A stretch of 64,000 nt of DNA from Pirellulales bacterium (GCA_040901675.1 JBBDYJ010000017.1:64001-128000); one strand, 5' to 3'. Positions 36,149 to 45,860 are shown, counted from the stretch's first letter. Numbers and translations: made by a program. Notes: generated by a model not told the origin, from the letters alone.

Positions 36149-37122
36149 GAAGATCGCTCGGCCTCCAGTGCGGCCAGCCGCAGATGCGGCAGCGTGTGGC
36201 GGTGGTCGCCGCAGATGTAAAAACTCTCGCCGCCGTCGGCCACGGTGCGGACCAGGATCGTCTTCCAGGGCCGGTAGTAATACTGCGGGTTCGTCTTGGG
36301 CGCCTCCTGGCTGGTGTCGCCGGCCAGCGGAACCAGGTCGAAGGCGGCCGTGGTGAAGTGGCGGATCTCGCGGCCATCCTGGTGGGCCACGTTGCGGGCC
36401 ATGGAGAGGGCCTTGAGGTAGACTTCGGGACCCATCACGGCCGTGCCGAAGCAGAGGAAGACGCCGCCCTCGAGATTCGAGACGGTGTGGCAGAGCGAGA
36501 GGAAGTCGCGGTAGCTGGCCAGCCCATGCGCGGCGGCGTCGAAGTTGGGATGCTCGTGCAGGATGTCGTACCCGATGCCGACGTGGACGGTCGCGGGAAT
36601 GCCCAACCGGTACGCGGCCGCCAGCAGGCTGGTATCTTTGTATGGGAAATCGCCTTCCAGGATCTCGCGGCCGACGGCCTCGCCGAAGCCGAGCCCTTGC
36701 TCGGCGCCGCGTGCAACGACGTCGTTGATCTGGCCCGTCTCGTGCCAAAGGCCGAACTCGCCCGTGCGGATGTAGCGGGCGACGCTCTCGCAGGTGGCGC
36801 CAAAGCGGGCCAATTCGTAGTCGTGGATGGGGCCGGCGCCGTTCATGCCGACGTGGGTGATCAGGCCCCGCTCGACGAGGTCGATCAACTGGCGGGCGAC
36901 GCCGGCCCGGATCACGTGGGCGCCCATCAGCATCAGCCGCGCGGCGCCGGCCGCACGGGCCTCGACCAGCCGGCGGCCAAGCGTCGCCACGTCGTTGCGG
37001 CACACTTCGGCCAGCGGCGGCGGCTGGTGGTCGAGCGGCAAGAAGCTATCGCGCGACAAATCGTGCCGCCGCTCGGCCAGCGGCTTGATCTTGAGTCGGC
37101 TGCGGTCGAATTGTGGAAACAT
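36145..37122 (-). CDS. Hypothetical protein with deoxyhypusine-synthase-like NAD-binding fold
   Basis: MLMGAHVIRAG, THVGMNGAGPIHDYE, ATVHVGIGYDILHEHP and GTAVMGPEVYLKALS. Confidence 0.7.
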   Translation of the reverse strand: MFPQFDRSRLKIKPLAERRHDLSRDSFLPLDHQPPPLAEVCRNDVATLGRRLVEARAAGAARLMLMGAHVIRAGVARQLIDLVERGLITHVGMNGAGPIHDYELARFGATCESVARYIRTGEFGLWHETGQINDVVARGAEQGLGFGEAVGREILEGDFPYKDTSLLAAAYRLGIPATVHVGIGYDILHEHPNFDAAAHGLASYRDFLSLCHTVSNLEGGVFLCFGTAVMGPEVYLKALSMARNVAHQDGREIRHFTTAAFDLVPLAGDTSQEAPKTNPQYYYRPWKTILVRTVADGGESFYICGDHRHTLPHLRLAALEAERSS

Positions 37123-37181
37123 AACTAGTTCCTGGTTGCTAGTTCCTGGTTGCTAGTTTGCTGGTTGCTAGGAACCAGGAA

Positions 37182-38009
37182 CTAGCAACCAGCAACTGAC
37201 AGGCCGAGGATTCTTAGCAGCTCGTCCTGGCAGCAATAGTCGCCGATGATGATGTCGGCGCCGGCATGGACCAGGCGCTCGCGTTTCCAGGCGTTCACGC
37301 CCAGCCGAGTTTCCTCGTTGCTGGCCACGCCGATGGCCACGCCGCCGGCCCGGCGGGTTTCTTCAATTTCGACGAAGCCGTCGCCGAACGCCAGCAGCTC
37401 CTCCCCCGCCGCCCCCGTGTCGGCGATGATTCGGGCGATCACCTTGGCCTTGGAAAAGTCCTGGTAGTTGTCGAGCGCCCCGTAAACGCGAGGGCCGAAG
37501 TATCGGTCGAGATCGAGAGCGGCCAGCTCGTCCCGGACGTACTCGAGATCGGTGCCGGAGGCCAAGTACAACGTGAGGCCTCGCTCGCAGAGCCGCTCCA
37601 GCAGGCGACGCGACTGGGGAACGGCCAGGTCGTCGGGCGCCAGCGAACCCTGTTTGAGGCCTTCCACGCGCCGGCTGATCTGGCTCCAGAGCAGATCGTG
37701 GTACTGGTGCTTGTATTCCAGCGGATCGCGGGGCAGGCCGCCGCGCAATCGGACCTCGTCGGCAAGCTGGATCATCTGGTAGATGGTCTGCTTGCCGTTG
37801 AGCCGCATCACGAACTCCTCGACGTGGGCGGCCAGTTGTTGGCGCGTTTCGCCGCTGCCGGTGCCGGCCAGTACGTCGACCATCATGGGGATCATCACGT
37901 CAGGCCAGTTGCGGCGGATGAGCGACAACGTGCCGTCGAAGTCGAACAAGACCGAACGAAACCGGCCCCGAGGAAAATCCGGCCGCAGAATCTCGATCGA
38001 CTCGTCCAT
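37182..38009 (-). CDS. HAD-superfamily phosphatase
   Basis: VLFDFDGTLS, LYLASGT, FSKAKVI and AFGDGFVEIE. The start is set at MDESIEIL, 14 nt after the xylA stop. Confidence 0.88.
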   Translation of the reverse strand: MDESIEILRPDFPRGRFRSVLFDFDGTLSLIRRNWPDVMIPMMVDVLAGTGSGETRQQLAAHVEEFVMRLNGKQTIYQMIQLADEVRLRGGLPRDPLEYKHQYHDLLWSQISRRVEGLKQGSLAPDDLAVPQSRRLLERLCERGLTLYLASGTDLEYVRDELAALDLDRYFGPRVYGALDNYQDFSKAKVIARIIADTGAAGEELLAFGDGFVEIEETRRAGGVAIGVASNEETRLGVNAWKRERLVHAGADIIIGDYCCQDELLRILGLSVAGC

Positions 38010-38023
38010 GGAAGGGAGGAAAA

Positions 38024-39058
38024 CTACATGCGCATCAGGTGCTCGAGGATATACAGCTCCAGGCCTTCGTAGTCCCGGGCCTGCCGGAACGACTCCACCT
38101 TGCGGGCGTCGACCGCGCGGACCGCCTTGAGCAAGTGCTGGAACATCCGCAGGCTGTTGGCCAGGTGCCGCGATTCGTCGGCCTGCTTGGTGGTCCGCAT
38201 CGCCTTGATGTCGAGTCCGACGATCCCGATGTCGTAATAGCCGGCGCGGTCGAGCACCCACACCTGGTTGAAGGCCCGCCGCAGGTCGACCGAGCCGAAG
38301 GCCTTGTCCTGGTCGTATTTCAGGCCGTTCTGGTCATTCAAGTGCACGCCCCACAGCTTGCCGTGCCAGAGGGCATAGGCCATGTCGTCGGCCGGATCGA
38401 GGCCGGCCAGGATGCTGTGCGCGCTTTCGATCAGCACGCCGACGCGGCTGGGGTCGCTGACCCGGTAGCAGAGCCCCATGAAATGGCCCACCGTGGGGCA
38501 ATAGGCCTGGTCCATCGGCTCGTTGGGCTTCATTTCTCCCACGATGCGGATCTTGGGATCGTAGGCCAGCATGTCGTTGATGGCGTCGACCAGCAGGCCT
38601 ACCGAGGCCTTCGGATCCTTGGCCTCGCGGATGTACGTCCCTTCGCGGGCGGGCCAGAGCACGATCAGGTCGATGCCGAGCATGTTGGCGATGTCGATCG
38701 CGCGCCGCGAGCGATCGCGGGCATAGCGGCGGGCGGCGGCGCTGTTGGCGGTGTAGGCGCCGTCGATGGTCCGGGGATCCTCCCAGAGCCGCGGTGCGAT
38801 GAACTCTCCCTTGATCCCCTCGCCCGCCAGCAATTGCTTGATGTTGGCGACCCCCTTGGCGGTCTGGGTCACGTCCCAATCCGAAGGAACCACGTCGTCG
38901 TCGTGCAACTGCACGTGGGTGAATCCCAGCCGCTTGTACTCGCGGACCTTCTTGGCAAAGGGCACTTCCTTGCGAACCGGCGGCCCGAACGGGTCGGCGC
39001 CGGTCGAGATGTTCCACGGACCGAAACTGAAGCGATACGTACCGGGCTTCTTGGCCAT
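38024..39058 (-). CDS. xylA: Xylose isomerase family protein (short type)
   Basis: FSFGPW...GADPFG, QLHDDD, LWPAREG, EMKPNEP, IESAH and HLNDQNGLKYDQD. Confidence 0.82.
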   Translation of the reverse strand: MAKKPGTYRFSFGPWNISTGADPFGPPVRKEVPFAKKVREYKRLGFTHVQLHDDDVVPSDWDVTQTAKGVANIKQLLAGEGIKGEFIAPRLWEDPRTIDGAYTANSAAARRYARDRSRRAIDIANMLGIDLIVLWPAREGTYIREAKDPKASVGLLVDAINDMLAYDPKIRIVGEMKPNEPMDQAYCPTVGHFMGLCYRVSDPSRVGVLIESAHSILAGLDPADDMAYALWHGKLWGVHLNDQNGLKYDQDKAFGSVDLRRAFNQVWVLDRAGYYDIGIVGLDIKAMRTTKQADESRHLANSLRMFQHLLKAVRAVDARKVESFRQARDYEGLELYILEHLMRM

Positions 39059-39226
39059 GACCGCAAACAAGCCTCGCTCATGTTCAGATTGGTAAAGCGA
39101 GTAGTTTAAGGGCCAAACCGGCCTGGGGGAAGGGACCTCGGGGTTGCCCGGCCCCGGTGCGCTTGCCGGTATCGGGTGCTCGGGATACGCTAGGGTAGAT
39201 CAAGTCCACGTCGAGGAGCGCAGCCG

Positions 39227-40177
39227 ATGAAGCCACCGTCCAACGAGGTCGATCAATTCGGGTTTCCGATCCCGCCCAATTTCGAGGGCGAGCGGACCCG
39301 CACCGCGGGCGCTCGGCGGGTGGGACGCCTGGTATGGCGATGGGGCCTGGTACTTGTGTTCGTGGCGCTGCTGCTCTCCAGTGCCCTGCGGTCGGGCATG
39401 ATCGACTACGGCAAGGCCGCCATGGCCGAAGGCCTCTTGGACCGGGCCCAGCGGAAACTGCAGATCGACGACGTCGAGGGGGCCCTGGCCGACTTGAACC
39501 GGGCGGCGAGCTGGAAGCCCGACGACAAGTCGATCCGCTACCTGCGGGCCCGCGTTCGCCTGGAAGCGAACGACGTGGAGGGGAGCCTCGACGACTATAA
39601 CAAGCTGATGCAGATGGCACCGCATTTCACCGAAGGATACCTGGGGCGAAGCATGGCGCTGCAGCGGCTGGACCGCCACCACGAGGCGATCGCCGACTTG
39701 AGCCGGGCCGTCGCGGACCGCCCCGACGACCCAATTCGCTTGAATGCCCGCGCCTATGCCCGGGCCATCGCGGGCATCGAGCTGGAAGAGGCCATGCAGG
39801 ATATCGAAAAGGCCCTGGAGTTGTTGGGCAACGAGTTGGGCGATCTGCGTGGCTTGGACGATACCCGGGCTCACTTCCTCGACACCCGAGGCTATCTGCA
39901 TTACCTGCGGGGCAATTACGAGCCGGCGCTGGACGACCTGAAAGAGGCGATCGCGATCCAGGAAAGCTTCAAGCACCGGGTCTTGAACTCCCCCCGGGTC
40001 CGCACCGCCGATCCCAGGATGCTGTCACGCTATCGCCGTTCGTGCGACCAGGCCCTGGCCGTCATGTACCACCACCGGGGTCAGGTCTATCAGAAACAAG
40101 GCGACGCCGAGGCGGCCAAGGCCGACCTGGAACTCGGCGACAAGCTCGGCTATAACCCGGCCGAAGGCGTGTACTGA
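39227..40177 (+). CDS. Membrane-anchored TPR protein
   Basis: One N-terminal TM helix; TPR units such as AIADLSRAVADRPDD, LNARAYARA and LDTRGYLHYLRGNY. Confidence 0.82.
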   Translation: MKPPSNEVDQFGFPIPPNFEGERTRTAGARRVGRLVWRWGLVLVFVALLLSSALRSGMIDYGKAAMAEGLLDRAQRKLQIDDVEGALADLNRAASWKPDDKSIRYLRARVRLEANDVEGSLDDYNKLMQMAPHFTEGYLGRSMALQRLDRHHEAIADLSRAVADRPDDPIRLNARAYARAIAGIELEEAMQDIEKALELLGNELGDLRGLDDTRAHFLDTRGYLHYLRGNYEPALDDLKEAIAIQESFKHRVLNSPRVRTADPRMLSRYRRSCDQALAVMYHHRGQVYQKQGDAEAAKADLELGDKLGYNPAEGVY

Positions 40178-40252
40178 CCTTGCCTCCGGCAGGGGCGGGA
40201 TGCTATCAGTAGCAGGCACAAGAACCAAGGAAGGTTCGAACCGGTGGACTCG

Positions 40253-41983
40253 ATGGACGGTCAACCGAGCGACGGCAATCCCCCGGACGCTGGCGCCCCG
40301 GATGGCGACCGGGTCCAGTGGCAGGTCTCGCCCGAATGGAGCGACCTCTTGACGGGCCCGCGAGGGCTCCGCCTGGGCGAATGGCTCGACGAAGGCCGGG
40401 CCCAGATTGTCAAGACCGGGCCGCACCGCACCGTCTACCGCGTGGATCTGCCCCAGCGGACCTTCTTTGTCAAGCACTACCGCTGCTCGACGCTGCTGAA
40501 GGCCAGCCGCCATTGGATGCGCCAGAGCGCCTCGAAGCGCGAGTATCGCCGGGCCCTGGAAATCGAGCGCCGGCACGTGCCCACGGCCAAGCCCGTCGCC
40601 GTGGGCGAACAGCGGCGCGGCGGCCTGGTTTACGAGAACTACCTGGTCACCGAGGCCGTCGCCCAGGCCTGTTCGCTCGACGAGTTCGTCGACGAGCGGC
40701 TCGCCGGCTTGCCCCCGCCCGCCGGCCGCGCGCTGCGCCGCAAGCTGCTGGTCGGCCTGGCCCGCTTGTGCGCTGCCGCCCATGAGGCGGGCGTTTTTCA
40801 TAACGATCTGCACACGGGCAACGTGCTGGTGCGGCTCGACACCGGCGACGGCCCAGGCGACGACCGCCCGCAGTTGTACCTGATCGACCTGCCGGGCGTG
40901 CGGCTCTCCGGGCCACTCGGCTGGCGGCGGTCGCGGGAGAGCCTGGTGATGCTGGCGGCGGCCTCGATGGGCCGCGTCACCTGGACGGAGGCCTGGCGAT
41001 TCTGGCGGACCTATTTGGCCGAACGGCCGCGGCTAGCGGTGCCAGATCGGCGGCAGGCGGCGGCCGACTTGATGCGCCGGGCGGCGGTCCGGGCCCGGAG
41101 GATCGCCGGCGGCCGCGACCGCCGAGCCTTGCGGACCAACCGCGATTTCTACGCCTTGTCGCAGGGTGAAGTGGCCGGGCACGCGGTGAGCGACCTGCCG
41201 CCGGGCCAGCTTGCCAGGCTGCTGGCTGATCCGGAGGCCTTGCTGCAGGCCAACCTCGATCGGCCCATCAAGCTCACGCACCGCAGCCTGGTGGTCCAGG
41301 CCATGCTGCCGCTGGCCGGCCAGCGGGTGCGGGTGGCCTTTAAACGCACGCGGGCTCGAAGCTGGTTCAAGGCGATGTGCGGCCTGGTTCGCCGGGGCCG
41401 GGCCGTGGAGGCCTGGTATCGCGGGCATGCCCTGTTGAAGCGGGGGATTGCCACGGCGAGGCCGATCGCGGTTTGCGAGCCGCGGCCGGTGGGACCCCGT
41501 TGGCACAGTTACCTGGCCACGCAATGGATCGAAGGTGCCGAGAACCTGCACTTGTACGGCTGGCAGTTGGCCGATCGGCCGGCGGCCGAGCGGCGGCAGC
41601 GGGGGCGGCAGTGCGCGGTGGCGTTGGGCCGGCTTCTGGGGCGGATGCACGCCTGGCAGATCTCGCACCGCGACTTGAAGGCCTGCAACCTGGTGGTGGC
41701 GGAGCGTGACGATCGTGTCGAGGCCTACCTGATCGACCTGGACGGCGTGCGGATCGGCCGGCGGCTGCCGGCGGATCTGCGGGCCCGGCACCTGGCAAGG
41801 CTGGCGGCCAGCTTGGAAGCCCATCCGTGGATCGGCCGGGGCGATCGGCTGCGTTTTCTGCGGGCTTACCTTGGCGAGTTGCCGACTCCCGCGCCGGACT
41901 GGAAGCGGCTGTGGCGGGCCATCGAGTTGCACTGCCGTCCGATCATCAAGCGGTTGTCGAGCGGCGGCCGCCCCGTGGTCTAG
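40253..41983 (+). CDS. Tandem-domain Kdo/WaaP (InaA-like) lipopolysaccharide kinase family protein
   Basis: Domain 1 FFVKHY...FHNDLHTGNVL...LIDL; domain 2 VAFKR...SHRDLKACNLV...LIDLDG. Confidence 0.83.
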   Translation: MDGQPSDGNPPDAGAPDGDRVQWQVSPEWSDLLTGPRGLRLGEWLDEGRAQIVKTGPHRTVYRVDLPQRTFFVKHYRCSTLLKASRHWMRQSASKREYRRALEIERRHVPTAKPVAVGEQRRGGLVYENYLVTEAVAQACSLDEFVDERLAGLPPPAGRALRRKLLVGLARLCAAAHEAGVFHNDLHTGNVLVRLDTGDGPGDDRPQLYLIDLPGVRLSGPLGWRRSRESLVMLAAASMGRVTWTEAWRFWRTYLAERPRLAVPDRRQAAADLMRRAAVRARRIAGGRDRRALRTNRDFYALSQGEVAGHAVSDLPPGQLARLLADPEALLQANLDRPIKLTHRSLVVQAMLPLAGQRVRVAFKRTRARSWFKAMCGLVRRGRAVEAWYRGHALLKRGIATARPIAVCEPRPVGPRWHSYLATQWIEGAENLHLYGWQLADRPAAERRQRGRQCAVALGRLLGRMHAWQISHRDLKACNLVVAERDDRVEAYLIDLDGVRIGRRLPADLRARHLARLAASLEAHPWIGRGDRLRFLRAYLGELPTPAPDWKRLWRAIELHCRPIIKRLSSGGRPVV

Positions 41984-41986
41984 GGC

Positions 41987-42119
41987 GTAGCCCGTGAGGT
42001 GGTCCACTCGCGGCTCGGCTGAGCTCGCCGAAGTCTGGGCGAGTGGTTTTCCGTCGCAGCAGAGCTCGCCAGAGTTCTGGTGGCGTGGCCGAGGCCTGAA
42101 TTCCGGCGAATTCAACTAC
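41987..42119. repeat. Composite REP patch containing element B (42012-42035) and family C units
   Basis: ccactcgc[B]tgggcgagtgg hairpin, ctcgccagagttctgg and cctgaattccggcgaattcaactac. Confidence 0.8.
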
Positions 42120-42141
42120 GGATGCTCCTCACGCTTTGCCG

Positions 42142-42255
42142 TCAGGAGACCGGCTTGTGCCAGCGGCCGACCATGTATCCCAGCAGGGCCACGGACGCCA
42201 GGGCCACGGGAAAGGGCAGGTAGAGTTGGGTGAAGTCGAAGTTGAGCAGGTCCAT
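42142..42255 (-). CDS. 37-aa single-TM small protein MDLLNFDFTQLYLPFPVALASVALLGYMVGRWHKPVS (not in the ORF track)
   Basis: ATG at 42255 to TGA at 42142, strongly GC3-biased codons, one hydrophobic helix followed by basic residues. Confidence 0.6.
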   Translation of the reverse strand: MDLLNFDFTQLYLPFPVALASVALLGYMVGRWHKPVS

Positions 42256-42302
42256 GGTTTTTCATTCCAGAGGGTTGGAAGGCATCTTCGTTTGGAAGGC
42301 AT

Positions 42303-42440
42303 TTAATACGTGTTGCGTGAGCCGAAGCCTCGCAAGCAGAGGGCGCCAATCGCCAGGACGGCCAATAGCGAGAGCAGCCATTCTTGCGGTCCGAAGTGGC
42401 TTACTTGTTGCAATGCCGTTCGATAAATGGTGGTCCACAC
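42303..42440 (-). CDS. About 45-aa single-TM small protein ending CLRGFGSRNTY
   Basis: GTG start proposed at 42440; hydrophobic EWLLSLLAVLAIGALCL. The GFGSR tail resembles small planctomycete proteins (from memory, unverified). Confidence 0.6.
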   Translation of the reverse strand: MWTTIYRTALQQVSHFGPQEWLLSLLAVLAIGALCLRGFGSRNTY

Positions 42441-42617
42441 GGTTGAATTTCCAGGTCGCGTAATGCCAAGCGAGGTTTCGGCAGAATACTCCAAGAAAAG
42501 CGTAGGTTAGAAAAAAATCGCGGGTCCAGGCGGCGGGGTTGCGAGTTTGCAACGGCCGGGGGGTGGGTAGCCGCAAATCTCCGCCGTGGTCCGGGTATAA
42601 CGGTTGTAGCGGCATCA

Positions 42618-42707
42618 AGTAGCAGGCATCCCGGGTGCGGCCGGGACATGCCGTCCGCTCCCGCTGCCGCGTAAAAGAGTAGCAGGCACACTCCGTTTGC
42701 CGTCGCC
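42618..42707. repeat. Two GTAGCAGGCA...TGCCGTC hairpins (GTAG-REP family D)
   Basis: agtagcaggcatcccgg...ccgggacatgccgtcc and agtagcaggcacactccgtttgccgtc; the same head occurs at 40208-40219. Confidence 0.65.
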
Positions 42708-42765
42708 CTTCGTCCCTCCGTCCTTCTGCCTTCTGCCTTCGATTTTCTGCCTTCCCCGTCTGCCC

Positions 42766-42793
42766 TTGCCAGCGATTTGGGGAGATTTATAAT
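42766..42793 (+). promoter_or_regulatory. sigma70 promoter of tRNA-Asp
   Basis: TTGCCA, 16 nt, TATAAT, ending 18 nt before the tRNA. Confidence 0.65.
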
Positions 42794-42811
42794 CGGTGGT
42801 TTGCCGAGATC

Positions 42812-42885
<74 letters not shown>

Positions 42886-43041
42886 CTGGAAAAAGGCTGC
42901 CAGAGCCGTCGCGGAACGGTTCGCGGCCGTCGTTGCTTTCTGCCGATAGGCGGACTACGTCCGGATCCTGCTGGACGTTCTAGCCTCCTAGCCTCCAGCT
43001 TCGCGGCCAAGGCCCATCCGGGCGGCGCTCGCCGGAGTTCC

Positions 43042-43221
43042 ATGAATTTCATTTTAGGTCGGCTTCTGGAGCAGCGAAGCACGGTTGCGGGCGTGACTGC
43101 ATGTGTGCTGTTGGCCATCACGGCGGTGCTTCGATACGGGTTCGATTTGTGGTGGCCGTGGGGCATCGTCATGGCCACGGTGTGCGCCGTTGTGGCAATG
43201 GTCAGTGCCGGCGGCGAATAG
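43042..43221 (+). CDS. 59-aa two-TM hypothetical protein
   Basis: GGAG RBS 4 nt before the ATG; MNFILGRLLEQRSTVAGVTACVLLAITAVLRYGFDLWWPWGIVMATVCAVVAMV. Confidence 0.6.
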   Translation: MNFILGRLLEQRSTVAGVTACVLLAITAVLRYGFDLWWPWGIVMATVCAVVAMVSAGGE

Positions 43222-43329
43222 ACCCGTCCGCGTCTTCCAAGCCCGCGTGCCTGACGGCTTCCGAAGTCACGATGGCACTTGCGGGCCTGCGGAGAACTTG
43301 GAAGGCGTAGGCGCCTGCGTACGAGCGCT

Positions 43330-43701
43330 TTAGCAACAGCCCGCGAGCACGTCGCGGGACCAGATAGTGTGGTACGTCAACCCGACCAGGATCAGATCGC
43401 TTAGTGCGAGGTCGGTCCCAAACATGCTGTAGGCCCGGACGCGCCACCCGCTGCCGTAAATGCCAAGATCGTCGACCCTGTCCACGGTGGCAAGCGCCTT
43501 GCCCTCGCGCCTGACGACGAACCCGGTTTTGAAAAAACCGGCAGATTCAAGGCGCGCTGCGCCGATACTGAGCTGCAGCTCCCGAGCGCTCGTGAAGATG
43601 CTCTTGCGGAACGCCGACGCAAGCTCGTCGCCCGTCGCAGCCTCGGCTCATTCATTTGAGTGATCCGACTCCCCGGGAGCTTCTGGCGACCGAAAACTCA
43701 C
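43330..43701 (-). pseudogene. Interrupted or truncated gene fragment (beta-rich domain plus C-terminal helix)
   Basis: Frame from GTG 43701 has an in-frame TGA at 43648-43650, then 105 protein-like sense codons (DELASAFRKSIFTSARELQL...LILVGLTYHTIWSRD) to TAA 43330. Confidence 0.4.
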
Positions 43702-43992
43702 CGGATCGAATCCTCCCATCCCCGGCTGCCGTGTGAAACCAACAAATCAATGAGCGGGTGCCTGGGCGAGCTCGTCGTTCGTCAGCGGGCTGGTAAGCAA
43801 GTTGAGGATCTCGGGAATGGCCGCATTCAGATACATCTCCTCGGCGTCATGCAGCGTTTGGGCCTCTCCGCGCAACAGCAACTGAATGACCGGATCGTCC
43901 GTCACGCCGGGAATCGGCTCGATCGGGGCGCCGCCAGGGCTATCCGCGATGGCGGCGGGCCGGACTCCAGATGGTTGAGCTTCACGTGCCAT
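43698..43992 (-). pseudogene. Small hypothetical gene with an apparent 1-nt frameshift
   Basis: PIPGVTDDPVIQLLL...SPLTNDELA stops early at 43747. Removing one base of the run at 43764-43766 gives ...ELARHPLIDLLVSHGSRGWEDSIR*, whose stop overlaps the next GTG. Confidence 0.5.
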
Positions 43993-44137
43993 ACACCCAT
44001 CATATCGCGCCGCAGAGCGACCGGCCACCGAACGAGGTGTGCGTGCGGCCGAATGATGGATGGATGAGGTTGAGCCAATTCCGACCAGTACGCCTGCGGA
44101 TCCGGCCGGGCCGCCCAGCCTGGCCCATCAGTTTCAG

Positions 44138-45805
44138 CTAGAACCCCCCGACGGGCTTGCCGTCGCGGGGATTGAACAGGCGCCGCAGCACTTCAACGTC
44201 GATCCCATTGGCGATCAATCGAACCGAGCCGTCGCAGAACAGGGCGTTGAAACCGCCCGTCCTCGCGCCCTCCAAGCCGGCCAGCGGCTTCGCCGGATCG
44301 AGCTTCAGGTCGTCGGGCTTAGTCCAGACGACCGCTTTCTCGCGCCTGGCCTCAACGACCATGATCGTGTTCGAGGTGCCATCCGTGATGTCTCTGAACC
44401 CCGGCGCCGGCTTGCCCGCCTTGAACAGCGCCGCCTCACCCGTCGGCGCCAGGTAAACCGTTTTCCCGGTCCGGTTCTCATCCGCGAGGTTGGGGTTCTG
44501 GTATGCCGCGGGCATCTGCTCGACCAGCTTGATGTTGTGCGGGCTGTCCCACGGTTCGTCGAGATGAAACTGGTCGTACAGTTGCTTCTCCTCGACAAAC
44601 GGCAGGATGTGGACCCGCCAGCTCAACAACGGCTTGCCGTCCTTGTCGTACGTCGAGGCAGGCAGTTTAGCGTACACATCGTGAAAGTTGTAAAACGCCA
44701 GGCCGATTTGCTTGAGGTTGTTGGACGACTGCGAGCGGCGAGCCGCCTCGCGGGCGGCCTGGACCGCGGGCAGCAACAGGGCCGCGAGCACACCCGTCGT
44801 GGCCGTGGTCACGGCCGCCTCACCCTTGACATCGATGACCAGGCGGTCGCCTTGCTGCCGGCGGTCGATCTGCGACAGCAACAGCCGCATCATCCGTCTG
44901 GCGTACTGCATGCCCGCCACTTCCGTGGCCGGCGCGCCTCGCTGCTCGAGCGCGGCAATCTGTGCGTCGATAAGCTGCTCGCCGAGCTGGATCGCGTTGT
45001 CGAGCATCTTCGCCATGGCCGCGGCGCTGGGCTCGTCGTAGCCTTCCAACTCCAGCCGAAGGCCGCCATCGGCGCCCAGCGCGACTTGCAAGTGAACGGC
45101 CGCCAGGTGCTCCGGCAGCCTGATGACTTCGTGCAGGGGTGGAGGCAGCGGCGGCAGGTCGGTGATCATGCTGAGCAGTTCTTCGCGCAGCGGCGAAAGC
45201 GTCGCCACGGCACTGGCCGGCTTGCTGGTGTCGATTTTTCGCAGCCGCTCGACCAGCGGGCTGGCCACGTCCTTGGCCGACACCATGGCCCGCAGGTCGC
45301 TCTCGACGCCCAAGACCAGCGTGCGGTCGTCGGGCATGAACAAGCTGGTGCCATTGGCCGACTTATAGAACCTGGCGTCCCCGACTGCCACTTCCTCACT
45401 CTCGGGCGCCAGGTTGGCCAGCACCGCCTGACGATCGTACGGCTGTGAAAAACGGACGATGGCCGCCGCCGATGGTTGCGCCGACAGAGTGGTCGCGTTG
45501 GCCAGCACGATGACTTGCTCGACCTGCCTGGCATCGATCGCCGCCAGCTCCATCAATTGGGCGCCGACCACTTCCACCGGGAACATCGCGAACTCCGGAG
45601 CCGCGAGCAACTGCCCCGGGTGCACGACCACGGCCAGCACCGCTTGTCGCGGTATGTAGGAAAGATCCAGCGGCCTGGCCGCCGTTGTTCGTGGGCCGCC
45701 GGCGGCCGGCTCCGCCGCGGCCGCTGCCGCCAGAGGACCAGCCGCCAGCGCGAGTGCGGCCAGGGAAAACAACGCCACGCGGCCCCAACGCAAACAGCTA
45801 CGCAT
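44138..45805 (-). CDS. Secreted protein with C-terminal DUF1559 domain
   Basis: Signal peptide, LLLPAVQAAREAARRSQSSNNLKQIGLA, LSWRVHILPF, DITDGTSNTIMVVE and FNALFCDGSVR; RBS GAGGAGG. Confidence 0.9.
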   Translation of the reverse strand: MRSCLRWGRVALFSLAALALAAGPLAAAAAAEPAAGGPRTTAARPLDLSYIPRQAVLAVVVHPGQLLAAPEFAMFPVEVVGAQLMELAAIDARQVEQVIVLANATTLSAQPSAAAIVRFSQPYDRQAVLANLAPESEEVAVGDARFYKSANGTSLFMPDDRTLVLGVESDLRAMVSAKDVASPLVERLRKIDTSKPASAVATLSPLREELLSMITDLPPLPPPLHEVIRLPEHLAAVHLQVALGADGGLRLELEGYDEPSAAAMAKMLDNAIQLGEQLIDAQIAALEQRGAPATEVAGMQYARRMMRLLLSQIDRRQQGDRLVIDVKGEAAVTTATTGVLAALLLPAVQAAREAARRSQSSNNLKQIGLAFYNFHDVYAKLPASTYDKDGKPLLSWRVHILPFVEEKQLYDQFHLDEPWDSPHNIKLVEQMPAAYQNPNLADENRTGKTVYLAPTGEAALFKAGKPAPGFRDITDGTSNTIMVVEARREKAVVWTKPDDLKLDPAKPLAGLEGARTGGFNALFCDGSVRLIANGIDVEVLRRLFNPRDGKPVGGF

Positions 45806-45860
45806 CAGACACCTCCTCGTGCCGTCTGCACGCCCGGACCAAAACCGCTGAGAAGTCCAG

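Noticed and set aside
43648..43650. Selenocysteine or other stop readthrough at the in-frame TGA
   Set aside because: No redox motif context and no evident SECIS hairpin; decay or a sequence error is simpler.
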